Shown: positions 56,348 through 64,000 of the stretch, piece by piece
Layout: each line of letters begins with the position of its first letter
Position numbering within the stretch: the first letter of the stretch is position 1
From: Nitrospirales bacterium
Lineage (GTDB): Bacteria > Nitrospirota > Nitrospiria > Nitrospirales > UBA8639
DNA: 64,000 nt
Reading direction: 5' to 3'
Assembly: GCA_965217975.1 (NCBI GenBank)
Contig: OZ244578.1
Coordinates: 597,690-661,689, forward strand
Translations under genes and position numbers: made by a program
Notes under the pieces: model-generated
The model's input: the letters and a program-made list of their open reading frames with translations, nothing else
Databases searched by the model: none
Told to the model about the DNA's origin: nothing

Positions 56348-57025
56348 ATGATCCGCGTTGCCAATCTGACCATGCAACTCCATGGGGGCGGTCGCGTGGT
56401 GTCCATTCTCAAAGGTGTGAATTTTGAGGTGCCGCCCGGGCAAATCGTGTCCATTGTCGGCCCGTCGGGAAGCGGGAAATCAACCTTGTTGGGGCTGTTG
56501 GCCGGATTGGATCGGCCCACTTCCGGATCCATTCAGTTAAACGGCCAGGAGATAACGACGTGGACCGAGCCTCAACTGGCGCACTTTCGACGTCAAAACA
56601 TCGGGTATGTTTTTCAGTCGTTTCATCTTATCCCAACCCTGACAGCGTTGGAAAACGTCGCGCTTCCGTTGGAACTGAACGGCGAGGCATCCGCGAATGA
56701 CCGGGCCAGGGAGCTGTTGGAAGCCGTGGGGCTTCATGATCGTCAGGGCCATTACCCCGCCCAGCTCTCCGGGGGCGAGCAGCAGCGTGTGGCGGTGGCT
56801 CGCGCCTTTGCCTGCCGTCCCCGCATTCTGTTAGCCGACGAACCCACCGGTAATGTGGATCGCGCAACGGGACAGACCCTGATTGATCTGTTGCTCACCT
56901 TGCATCGCGCCCAGGGCAGTACATTCGTGCTCGTGACCCACGACTTGACGTTGGCTGACCAAACGGAACGCATCATCACGCTCCAGGATGGCCGCATGAC
57001 CGCGGACCGGGTGCCTGGAGGGTAA
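56348..57025 (+). CDS. ABC transporter ATP-binding protein (YbbA/LolD-like)
   Basis: GPSGSGKSTLL, LSGGEQQRVAVARA, ILLADEPTGNVD. Divergent from the tesA-like gene, as in the E. coli tesA-ybbA-ybbP arrangement. Confidence 0.9.
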   Translation: MIRVANLTMQLHGGGRVVSILKGVNFEVPPGQIVSIVGPSGSGKSTLLGLLAGLDRPTSGSIQLNGQEITTWTEPQLAHFRRQNIGYVFQSFHLIPTLTALENVALPLELNGEASANDRARELLEAVGLHDRQGHYPAQLSGGEQQRVAVARAFACRPRILLADEPTGNVDRATGQTLIDLLLTLHRAQGSTFVLVTHDLTLADQTERIITLQDGRMTADRVPGG

Positions 57026-57032
57026 GCCGGTC

Positions 57033-59720
57033 ATGCGTGGCAACGTCATCCCACTCTCGCTCAAAATGGCCTGGCGCGAAACGCGAGGCAGTTGGCGTCG
57101 GTTTGTCTTCTTTGTGGCGTGTCTGGCCATTGGCGTTGGAGCCGTGGTGGGCATTGAATTGTTTGCGGCAACCGTGGAAGGCGTGATCCTGAAGGACGCC
57201 AGAAGTTTATTAGGCGGCGACGTCGAGATTCGGTCGGCGCGGGAATTGGGAGAAGACGGGCAAACAGTTCTGGCCTCGTTGAACGCACGACACATGGCCA
57301 TGACCCACGTGTGGGAACTCGTCGGCATGGCTGCGGCGGCGCGGGCGCGCACCTTCAACGATGGCGGACCGGAACGGCTCGCGTCTCGAACCACCCAGTT
57401 GGTGGAACTCAAAGCGGTGGAATCGAACTATCCTCTCTACGGCCGGGTTGGCGTGTCGCCCGACCAGCCGTTGCACACCTTGCTCTCCCCTGTTTCGTCG
57501 TGTCCCGACGCGCCTGTTCCCGTGCCCTGTTTTGGGCTTGTGGTCCAGGAGTCGCTGCTGATCGTCCTGGGCCTGGACATGGGGGCACACCTCAAAATCG
57601 GGCAAGCCTGGTTTGAGGTCAGGGGCGTGCTGCAGAAAGAGCCTGACCGGATGGCCAGCGCGTTCAGTCTGGGCCCGCGCGTCATGATGTCCCGAGACGC
57701 GCTGGTTGCCACCGATCTGGTGCAAGTGGGCAGCCGAGTGCGTCATCGGTATCTCCTTCGCGTCCCGGAGTCCCTCGCGCTTGAGCCGCTCCTGGGGGAG
57801 TTGAGAGGACGGTTGGTCAATGAGGGAGCCGGCGTCTCGTCCTTTCGGACTGCCCAACCTCGCATTCGCGGATTTTTAGATCAATTCACCATCTATCTGG
57901 GGTTGATTGCGCTCGCCGCCTTGTTCGTGGGCGGCATTGGCATTGCCTGCACGATTCACGGATTCATCGCGCACAAGCTGACGACAGTGGCGATCCTCAA
58001 AACCCTGGGAGCGGACGCCGGACTGATCATGCGGGTGTACATGGGCCAGAGTGGGCTTATGGGATGCGTGGGGAGTCTGATAGGGGTGATCGTGGGTATG
58101 GGGTTACAGCTTGGGCTGTCTCTCGGACTGAGCGGCATGCTGCCTGTTGCGGACAGCGCGACCGTGACGGTGATGCCGTTGGTCAAAGGGCTTCTCCTTG
58201 GTATGGGGACGACGCTGTGCTTCACGCTGTGGCCCTTGCTCACGATTCGAACCATTCCCCCGGCGCTTGTCTTCCGGCGGGAAGTGGAGCCAGTCGCCAT
58301 GCCGGCTCACGGACAACCCTTTTGGCAACACGTTGGGCGGTCGCTCATGCGTGTCTGTCAAGACCGTCACCGGTGCCTCACGGGCGCCGTCATTGGCGCG
58401 GGACTGCTGTTGCTTGCCGTGTGGCAGGCCCGCTCCGTGTCTTTGGGGGCGGTGTTTCTTCTGGCTTTTGGCGCGGCGTTAGTCTTGCTGCGGGCGGGTG
58501 TGTGGCTCCTCCTGCACATGGTGCGAAGGGTGCCTCGGTCTCGATCCTTTGTCGTTCGGCACGCGCTTGGCCGGGTTCAACGACCGGGACATTACACCGT
58601 GGGCATGACCGTCGCCATCGGCGTCGGCGTGATGGTCATTACGACGGTGGCGTTCGTCAAGGTGTCGATGCTGTCGGCGATTGGTGATCGTCTTCCCGAC
58701 GATGCGCCGACGTTCTTCTTTGTTGACATTCAGCCGGATCAAAAACAGCAGTTTGAACACATCATGCGCACGCACATGCGAACCGGAACGTATGACATGA
58801 CGCCGGTGGTTCGCTCACGACTCGGATCGCTCAATGGCACGTCCGTCAATCCGGAGGACCACGCGGGCCGGCGCAATGGATGGTATTTCACGCGGGAGTA
58901 CGTGTTGACCGCGTCAGCCGATCTTCCCAAAGACAATACGATTGTCAAGGGATCATGGTGGTCTCACCCTCGTCGCGACACGGGTCGGCGTCATGCACGC
59001 GGTGCGGCGGCCGGCGTATCGGTGGAAGAAGAGGCCGCGCGCAATCTCGGCCTGGACGTGGGTTCCACTGTCGAGTTTGACGTGCAGGGCGTGCTGTTGT
59101 CGGCGGTCGTCGAGAATATACGGAAGGTGGATTGGGGGAGTTTTTCCACGAACTTTTATATGATGCTCTCGCCGGCCGCGTTGGACGGGGCGCCGCTGAC
59201 GTATCTCTCGCCGGCCAGGGTCAGCCCGGAAGAAGCCATGCCCCTGCAACAAGCCCTGGTCCGGGCGCTGCCGAACGTCACGGCCATTCCGATCGGCGAC
59301 GTGCTCGCGAACGTGGCGCGGCTACTGGAACAATTAGCGCGGGTGATTCAGGGCATCGCGCTGTTCAACATCTTCAGCGGTGCGGTGGTGATGATGGCGG
59401 CCTTGTCTTCGACGCGGTACCGACGGTTGTACGAATTCGCCGTTCTCAAAGTCATGGGATGCACGCGACGGGCGATGGTGCAGTCGTTCGCGATAGAATG
59501 TGCTGTGGTCGGCACACTGGCGGGTCTCATCGGAGTCGGTCTTGCCAGCGCGCTCTCCTGGGCCATCCTGTACTTTTTTCTGGACCTGCCCTGGGTGTGG
59601 CAACCCGTCGTGATGATTCAGGGACTTGCCGCCACGGTGGGACTGGCCGTGGTGGTCGGCTTCTTCAGCGCGTATCGCATCCTGGGCCAGTCGCCGTTGG
59701 CCGTATTGCGGCAGGAATGA
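57033..59720 (+). CDS. ABC transporter permease with two FtsX-like domains (YbbP-like)
   Basis: 895-aa protein with about 10 TM segments and two large periplasmic loops. Starts 8 nt after the ATPase stop. Confidence 0.85.
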   Translation: MRGNVIPLSLKMAWRETRGSWRRFVFFVACLAIGVGAVVGIELFAATVEGVILKDARSLLGGDVEIRSARELGEDGQTVLASLNARHMAMTHVWELVGMAAAARARTFNDGGPERLASRTTQLVELKAVESNYPLYGRVGVSPDQPLHTLLSPVSSCPDAPVPVPCFGLVVQESLLIVLGLDMGAHLKIGQAWFEVRGVLQKEPDRMASAFSLGPRVMMSRDALVATDLVQVGSRVRHRYLLRVPESLALEPLLGELRGRLVNEGAGVSSFRTAQPRIRGFLDQFTIYLGLIALAALFVGGIGIACTIHGFIAHKLTTVAILKTLGADAGLIMRVYMGQSGLMGCVGSLIGVIVGMGLQLGLSLGLSGMLPVADSATVTVMPLVKGLLLGMGTTLCFTLWPLLTIRTIPPALVFRREVEPVAMPAHGQPFWQHVGRSLMRVCQDRHRCLTGAVIGAGLLLLAVWQARSVSLGAVFLLAFGAALVLLRAGVWLLLHMVRRVPRSRSFVVRHALGRVQRPGHYTVGMTVAIGVGVMVITTVAFVKVSMLSAIGDRLPDDAPTFFFVDIQPDQKQQFEHIMRTHMRTGTYDMTPVVRSRLGSLNGTSVNPEDHAGRRNGWYFTREYVLTASADLPKDNTIVKGSWWSHPRRDTGRRHARGAAAGVSVEEEAARNLGLDVGSTVEFDVQGVLLSAVVENIRKVDWGSFSTNFYMMLSPAALDGAPLTYLSPARVSPEEAMPLQQALVRALPNVTAIPIGDVLANVARLLEQLARVIQGIALFNIFSGAVVMMAALSSTRYRRLYEFAVLKVMGCTRRAMVQSFAIECAVVGTLAGLIGVGLASALSWAILYFFLDLPWVWQPVVMIQGLAATVGLAVVVGFFSAYRILGQSPLAVLRQE

Positions 59721-59728
59721 CTGATTTT

Positions 59729-60163
59729 TTAAGTTCTTTGAAGTTCTCTTAAGGCTCTCGTAATAGACCGTAGATCTTTTTCTGCAATATCTTGACACTT
59801 TAAAATGCAATGAATCAGCGCTCTTTTGTTCACGTCTTTTAAATCAGCCACATGTTCAGCTTGTCCACCAAAGTGGTCTCGTAATAGTTGCCTCGCCTCA
59901 AACTCATAGAGTTCATCAAATTGCACCCATGTATCTTTATCAAACCAATCATCTTCCTCTAAAAATACAAAGTAATTTCTTTGAGGAGCGGAGCAACCTT
60001 GCTTTTTTACTCTGTAAGGTGCTTCCCTGGAAGTGGTTTTACAAACGAGATAATTGTCTTCTTTGGTTGGAGAGTTGACCACAATAAAGAGTTTTATTCC
60101 TGTTGCTCCATCAGAAAATTTAAATTGCTTATGTAAGTAGATAGCCCCAATCTTCACAGTCAT
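59729..60163 (-). CDS. Putative toxin partnered with a Panacea-domain antitoxin (unassigned family; N terminus faintly PemK/MazF-like)
   Basis: The ATG directly abuts the TAA of the upstream DUF4065 gene (TAAATG). Low GC. N terminus IGAIYLHKQFKFSDGATGIKLFIVVNSP...YLVCKTTS, then a helical tail. Confidence 0.6.
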   Translation of the reverse strand: MTVKIGAIYLHKQFKFSDGATGIKLFIVVNSPTKEDNYLVCKTTSREAPYRVKKQGCSAPQRNYFVFLEEDDWFDKDTWVQFDELYEFEARQLLRDHFGGQAEHVADLKDVNKRALIHCILKCQDIAEKDLRSITRALRELQRT

Positions 60164-60736
60164 TTAGCCGAACATTTTTTTCATTTCTTTATCTTCCCGG
60201 TCTATCTCTTCGGCTTCTTCCTTTGACTTTGAAACAGATGAATGATCCAAAATATACTCATAAGGTATATACCCTTGCCTCTTGTTTTCTTGTCTGAAAA
60301 CCCTATGCCAGGGACCATCAACATCGTGACTTATGTCCGTCATCGCTCTGGATTGAGTGTTTTGATAAATTTCTATGAGTTGGTTCATTATTTCCGTCTC
60401 TCTTTTCGAAAAAAGACTTTTGTCAAAGGATACCTTTGGAAGAATTCTCATGGCTTTATCATTCGTAAAATCTGCATCAATGGAACTTTGAGGGATAAAA
60501 TTAAAAGAATTTTTTAGCGTATCAGGGTGTTGCATTTCATCGTATAAACTCTTCGGTACCGGCCCCATGGGCCAAGCAAAATACTGTAACCCCGTCACTG
60601 GTCTTCCTGTCTGCTTAAAGTGTTCAAAGTCAAGAAAATAAAGGAGTTTAAACAATTTGAGCTTATAGCAATGCTTGGTTTTCTTAACAAAGAAAGCCAT
60701 GGCATGAATCAACTTATCTTTTTTCCGATCAATCAT
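60164..60736 (-). CDS. Panacea (DUF4065) domain protein, PanA/SocA-like antitoxin
   Basis: [44 protein letters not shown] matches the KLxKLLYF....G.P......A...GPV....Y core of DUF4065. Confidence 0.75.
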   Translation of the reverse strand: MIDRKKDKLIHAMAFFVKKTKHCYKLKLFKLLYFLDFEHFKQTGRPVTGLQYFAWPMGPVPKSLYDEMQHPDTLKNSFNFIPQSSIDADFTNDKAMRILPKVSFDKSLFSKRETEIMNQLIEIYQNTQSRAMTDISHDVDGPWHRVFRQENKRQGYIPYEYILDHSSVSKSKEEAEEIDREDKEMKKMFG

Positions 60737-60814
60737 GATGACGCTCTGTCCTGCGAAATAAGGGCAGCTTTCAACGTAAGTTCAGGAAATGATCGTGGCG
60801 ACGCGGCGATCGTA

Positions 60815-60899
60815 TGGTGCCGAAGCCGGGACTCGAACCCGGATGGGTTGCCCCACACGCCCCTCAAACGTGCGTGTCTACCAATTCCACCACTTCGGC
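60815..60899 (-). tRNA. tRNA-Leu(GAG), CCA encoded, long variable arm
   Basis: Minus strand reads GCCGAAGTGGTGGAATTGGTAGACACGCACGTTTGAGGGGCGTGTGGGGCAACCCATCCGGGTTCGAGTCCCGGCTTCGGCACCA (85 nt). The anticodon loop is TTGAGGG. Confidence 0.9.
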
Positions 60900-60995
60900 T
60901 CGGCGGGAGTATAGGGAGGGGTTCAAACGGTTGTCAATGCACGAACCCTGCGGTACAATTGATGGCAGTACCTGGTGATGGTCTGAAAAATAGCC

Positions 60996-61691
60996 ATGTC
61001 TGATTCCGCCCGTTTCGCATCTTCCGATCCTTCGTCCCAGAGCCCCATCGGCGCGTTTTTTGACGTTGATAATACGCTGATTCCCGGTCAATCCATTGAG
61101 ATTCGATTCGTCCGGTATTTGTGGAAGGTGGGTTTGTTGTCCAATCGTGTGTTGCTCGACAGCGCGCGCTATATGCTCTCCAATATGTTCGCGTTTTCCC
61201 GGAGTCCCTTGCGGGAACGCAAGGTGTATCTGACGGATAAACGCCCGGCGGGCGTCGAACCCCTGGCGAAGTGGTTTGTGCGGTCGGAAATCTGTCCGCG
61301 CCTGTCTTTCAAGGCCACGGCGGCTCTGGCGCAGCACCAGCAAGCCGGCCATCGGGTGGCGCTGGTCAGCGGCACTCCGGAATTTCTGATCAAACCCCTC
61401 GCGCATTTCCTGGGTGTGTCGCACGTGCTGGCGGCACAGTTGGAAACCCATGATGATGGCTATACGTGTCGGGTCCTGATGCCCTATCCGTACGGCGAAG
61501 GCAAGCGGCATTTGCTCCGAATCTTTGCGGGGACTCATGGCGTGGATCTCGCGCAAAGCTACGCCTATGGCGACAGTCCCGGCGACATTCAGGTTCTGGA
61601 ATCCGTGGGCCATCCCCTGGTGGTGAATCCCATTCGCGGCATGACGAGGATTGCGCGGCGGCATCGGTGGCCCATTGCCACCTGGGCCTGA
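60996..61691 (+). CDS. HAD-IB family hydrolase (phosphoserine phosphatase-like)
   Basis: FFDVDNTLI (motif I), LVSGTPEFLIKPLA and AYGDSPGDIQVLE (motif IV). Confidence 0.8.
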   Translation: MSDSARFASSDPSSQSPIGAFFDVDNTLIPGQSIEIRFVRYLWKVGLLSNRVLLDSARYMLSNMFAFSRSPLRERKVYLTDKRPAGVEPLAKWFVRSEICPRLSFKATAALAQHQQAGHRVALVSGTPEFLIKPLAHFLGVSHVLAAQLETHDDGYTCRVLMPYPYGEGKRHLLRIFAGTHGVDLAQSYAYGDSPGDIQVLESVGHPLVVNPIRGMTRIARRHRWPIATWA

Positions 61692-61704
61692 TCGCGGCGG
61701 CGTC

Positions 61705-62349
61705 ATGCATTCCCTCCGGGTCACAGAAATTTTTCATAGCATTCAGGGTGAATCCACACATGCGGGTGAGCCGTGTGTCTTCGTCCGGTTAACGGGCTGT
61801 CCCCTCCGATGCACCTGGTGTGATACGGCGTATGCGTTTCACGGCGGCACCGAGATGTCCCTTGACGCCGTGGTGGATGACGTCAAACGGTATGGCTGTT
61901 CGCTGGTTGAAGTGACGGGTGGGGAGCCGCTGGCGCAGTCGGCGGCGTTGGCCCTGATCACGCGTTTGTGCGAAGAAGCCTTGGATGTGTTACTCGAAAC
62001 CAGCGGCGCCATTGACATCACGCCGGTTGATTCCCGTGCCACCATCATTTTGGATGTGAAATGTCCCGGCAGCGCAATGGAGGATCGTATGTGCTGGGAC
62101 AACCTCCGGCATATCAGGCCGAAAGATCAGATTAAATTTGTCATCGGCAACCGTGGAGATTACGATTGGGCCGTGGACGTGGTGAAACGGTATCACCTCG
62201 CGGAGCGATGCCCCGTCTTGTTTAGTCCGGTGTTTGGCGAACAGGCGTTGCGCCCGCTGGCGGAGTGGATTCTTCGGGATCGGTTGCCGGTGCGTGTTCA
62301 GGTGCAATTGCACAAGTTTATTTGGGATTCAAACGCGCGAAGCGTCTAG
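61705..62349 (+). CDS. queE: 7-carboxy-7-deazaguanine synthase (radical SAM)
   Basis: EIFHSIQGESTHAGEPCVFVRLTGCPLRCTWCDT. Start set at ATG 61705. Confidence 0.9.
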   Translation: MHSLRVTEIFHSIQGESTHAGEPCVFVRLTGCPLRCTWCDTAYAFHGGTEMSLDAVVDDVKRYGCSLVEVTGGEPLAQSAALALITRLCEEALDVLLETSGAIDITPVDSRATIILDVKCPGSAMEDRMCWDNLRHIRPKDQIKFVIGNRGDYDWAVDVVKRYHLAERCPVLFSPVFGEQALRPLAEWILRDRLPVRVQVQLHKFIWDSNARSV

Positions 62350-62359
62350 AGGAGATACG

Positions 62360-63874
62360 ATGAAATGTCAGGTCAAAGAAGGCGGTCTTACGAAAGAAGC
62401 CACGGAAGTGCTGGTGCTCGCCGGCTATGAAGGCGAGCGTCTGTTGCCCAAGGCTCATCAGGCGGTGGATAAGGCATTGGGCGGACAGCTCCGGGAGTTG
62501 AGAACAAGCGGCGAGTTTTCAGGCAAAAAACACCAGTCGGTGTTGATTCACACGCGCGGCGTCCTTCCCGCGAAACGCATTCTGCTGATGGGGTTGGGCG
62601 AGAAGAAGGCGGTGACACTGGATCGTGTGCGACAGGCCATGGGCGAGGCGTCCAGGCGGGTTCGGCAAACCGGCGCGCGCACGTTTTCCGTATCGGTGCT
62701 CGGCATGGATGCCGTTCGGGCGCCGGTCTCCGACGTGGCCCAGGCCATGGTGGAGGGGGCCATACTGGGCGGCTACCGATTCATGCATTATCGGTCCGAG
62801 CGCGAGGAGCCGGCGCGGATCATACGGACGATGACCCTGTTGGCGACGCAGGCGAATCAGGTGAGCGGGATGCGAACGGGCGTCCGACGCGGAACAGCCA
62901 GCGCCGGTGCCACGTCGTTCGCGCGTGATCTCTGTAACCATCCGTCCAACGTCATGACCCCGTCTCGTGTGGCGCAGGAGGCGAGAACAATCGCCAAAGA
63001 TTGCAAACTCAAATTGACCGTGCTGGGGCGCAAGGAGCAGGAGCGTCTGGGCATGGGCGGGATGACGGGCGTCTCACGTGGCAGTCGAGAGACGCCTCAA
63101 TTCATCGTGTTGGAATATGCCGGGGGCAAGACACAGGATCGGCCGCTGGCGCTGGTTGGGAAAACGATCACCTTTGATTCCGGCGGCATTTCGCTCAAGC
63201 CTTCGGAGAATATGGAACAGATGAAAGCGGATATGACGGGGGGGGCGGAGGTGCTGGGCGCGGTGCGGGCTGCCGCGCAATTGCGGCTTCCCATCAATGT
63301 CGTGGGCATCCTGCCGGCGGCGGAAAACATGCCGGGTGGTCAAGCCATGAGGCCGGGGGACGTTCTGCGCATGCTCAATGGCACAACCGTCGAGGTGCAG
63401 AATACCGATGCCGAAGGACGGTTGATTCTGGCGGATGGGCTGGTCTATGCCGCTCGGTTTCGCCCGGCCTGTATCATTGATATTGCCACGTTGACGGGGG
63501 CGTGCATTGTGGCCCTGGGGCAGTTTGCCATCGGGATGCTGGGGAATGATGACCGGCTCAAGGCCGCATTCAAAACGGCGGGGGAGCAAGCCGGCGAACG
63601 CGTGTGGGAAATGCCGCTCTGGGAGGAATATGCCGAGCAACTCAAAAGCGACGTGGCGGATATGCGCAACATCGGTGGCCGCGGGGGTGGCATGATCACG
63701 GCGGGAATGTTTTTGAGCAAGTTTGTCGGCGACTGTCCCTGGGTGCATCTTGACATTGCGAGCACCGATTGGAGTCCATCCGAACGTTCGTATCTCGGCA
63801 AAGGGCCGACGGCCATCGGCGCGCGCTTGCTGGTGCAGTTTTTAATCAATCATTCAGGGGGGCGGGAACGGTGA
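62360..63874 (+). CDS. pepA: Leucyl aminopeptidase (M17)
   Basis: GAGGAG SD. VGKTITFDSGGISLKP and NTDAEGRLILAD. Confidence 0.95.
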   Translation: MKCQVKEGGLTKEATEVLVLAGYEGERLLPKAHQAVDKALGGQLRELRTSGEFSGKKHQSVLIHTRGVLPAKRILLMGLGEKKAVTLDRVRQAMGEASRRVRQTGARTFSVSVLGMDAVRAPVSDVAQAMVEGAILGGYRFMHYRSEREEPARIIRTMTLLATQANQVSGMRTGVRRGTASAGATSFARDLCNHPSNVMTPSRVAQEARTIAKDCKLKLTVLGRKEQERLGMGGMTGVSRGSRETPQFIVLEYAGGKTQDRPLALVGKTITFDSGGISLKPSENMEQMKADMTGGAEVLGAVRAAAQLRLPINVVGILPAAENMPGGQAMRPGDVLRMLNGTTVEVQNTDAEGRLILADGLVYAARFRPACIIDIATLTGACIVALGQFAIGMLGNDDRLKAAFKTAGEQAGERVWEMPLWEEYAEQLKSDVADMRNIGGRGGGMITAGMFLSKFVGDCPWVHLDIASTDWSPSERSYLGKGPTAIGARLLVQFLINHSGGRER

Positions 63875-63881
63875 GTTCGCC

Positions 63882-64000
63882 ATGACGGTGCGCGAGATCA
63901 TCGGGCAACTCTTGATGGTCGGGTTCCACGGGACGGAGCTTTCTTCGGAATGTCGTGACTGGCTTCGGGACACTCGCCCCGGGGGAGTCATTCTCTTTGC
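63882..64000 (+). CDS. Glycoside hydrolase family 3 N-terminal domain protein (NagZ-like), 3'-truncated by the window edge
   Basis: My own translation of the open frame gives MTVREIIGQLLMVGFHGTELSSECRDWLRDTRPGGVILF, which is NagZ-like. Absent from the ORF track because no stop is reached. Confidence 0.6.
   Translation, partial: MTVREIIGQLLMVGFHGTELSSECRDWLRDTRPGGVILF

Noticed and set aside
59721-60814. I looked for an integrase gene or a direct repeat of the tRNA-Leu 3' end bounding the low-GC islet.
   Set aside because: Neither was found by eye. The islet is therefore reported only as compositionally foreign, not as a defined integrative element.
60864-61724. A 286-aa minus-strand ORF.
   Set aside because: It is antisense to the HAD-IB hydrolase, whose motifs are clear on the plus strand. 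It also overlaps the tRNA-Leu gene.
63074-63748. A 224-aa minus-strand ORF.
   Set aside because: It is antisense to pepA, which carries unmistakable M17 aminopeptidase motifs.

Overview
The window is GC-rich (about 60% by eye) bacterial chromosome from a diderm, since it encodes a TonB-dependent receptor and an autotransporter-type barrel. The lineage cannot be assigned from sequence alone. Most of it is housekeeping or ordinary accessory genes:
- a truncated Na+/H+ antiporter and a GT2 glycosyltransferase
- a four-gene GldA/GldF/GldG-like ABC operon with a DUF4340-like gene
- a fatty-acid desaturase, HPF, a CBS protein, a TonB-dependent receptor and a HemD-like protein
- VOC, MBL-fold and methyltransferase genes, PSP1/RicT, a DsrE-like protein, nth and rpsU
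- pntAA-pntAB-pntB, an AlkP/NPP-type phosphodiesterase, ugd, ChaN-like and CDGSH proteins
- tesA-like/ybbA-like/ybbP-like genes, a HAD-IB hydrolase, queE, pepA and a truncated nagZ-like gene

Five things stand out:
1. An initiator-type tRNA-Met(CAU) gene (7567-7926) is split in its anticodon loop by a 283-nt group I intron. The intron core closely resembles the Azoarcus tRNA-Ile IC3 intron.
2. A single 16.3-kb ORF (about 5,400 aa, 8399-24664) encodes a giant Calx-beta/Ig/cadherin-rich surface protein. It has a C-terminal autotransporter-like beta-barrel and is built from three mega-repeats that are near-identical at the DNA level.
3. A roughly 1.1-kb low-GC islet sits at the 3' end of tRNA-Leu(GAG). 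It carries a Panacea/DUF4065 (PanA/SocA-like) antitoxin gene abutting an unassigned 144-aa putative toxin gene (59729-60736).
4. Five HEAT/PBS-lyase-repeat paralogues lie in tandem (44613-49932).
5. Two uncharacterised genes lie next to tRNA-Gly (51758-53696).

No CRISPR array, transposase or integrase was seen. Many long ORFs in the track are antisense shadows of GC-rich genes.
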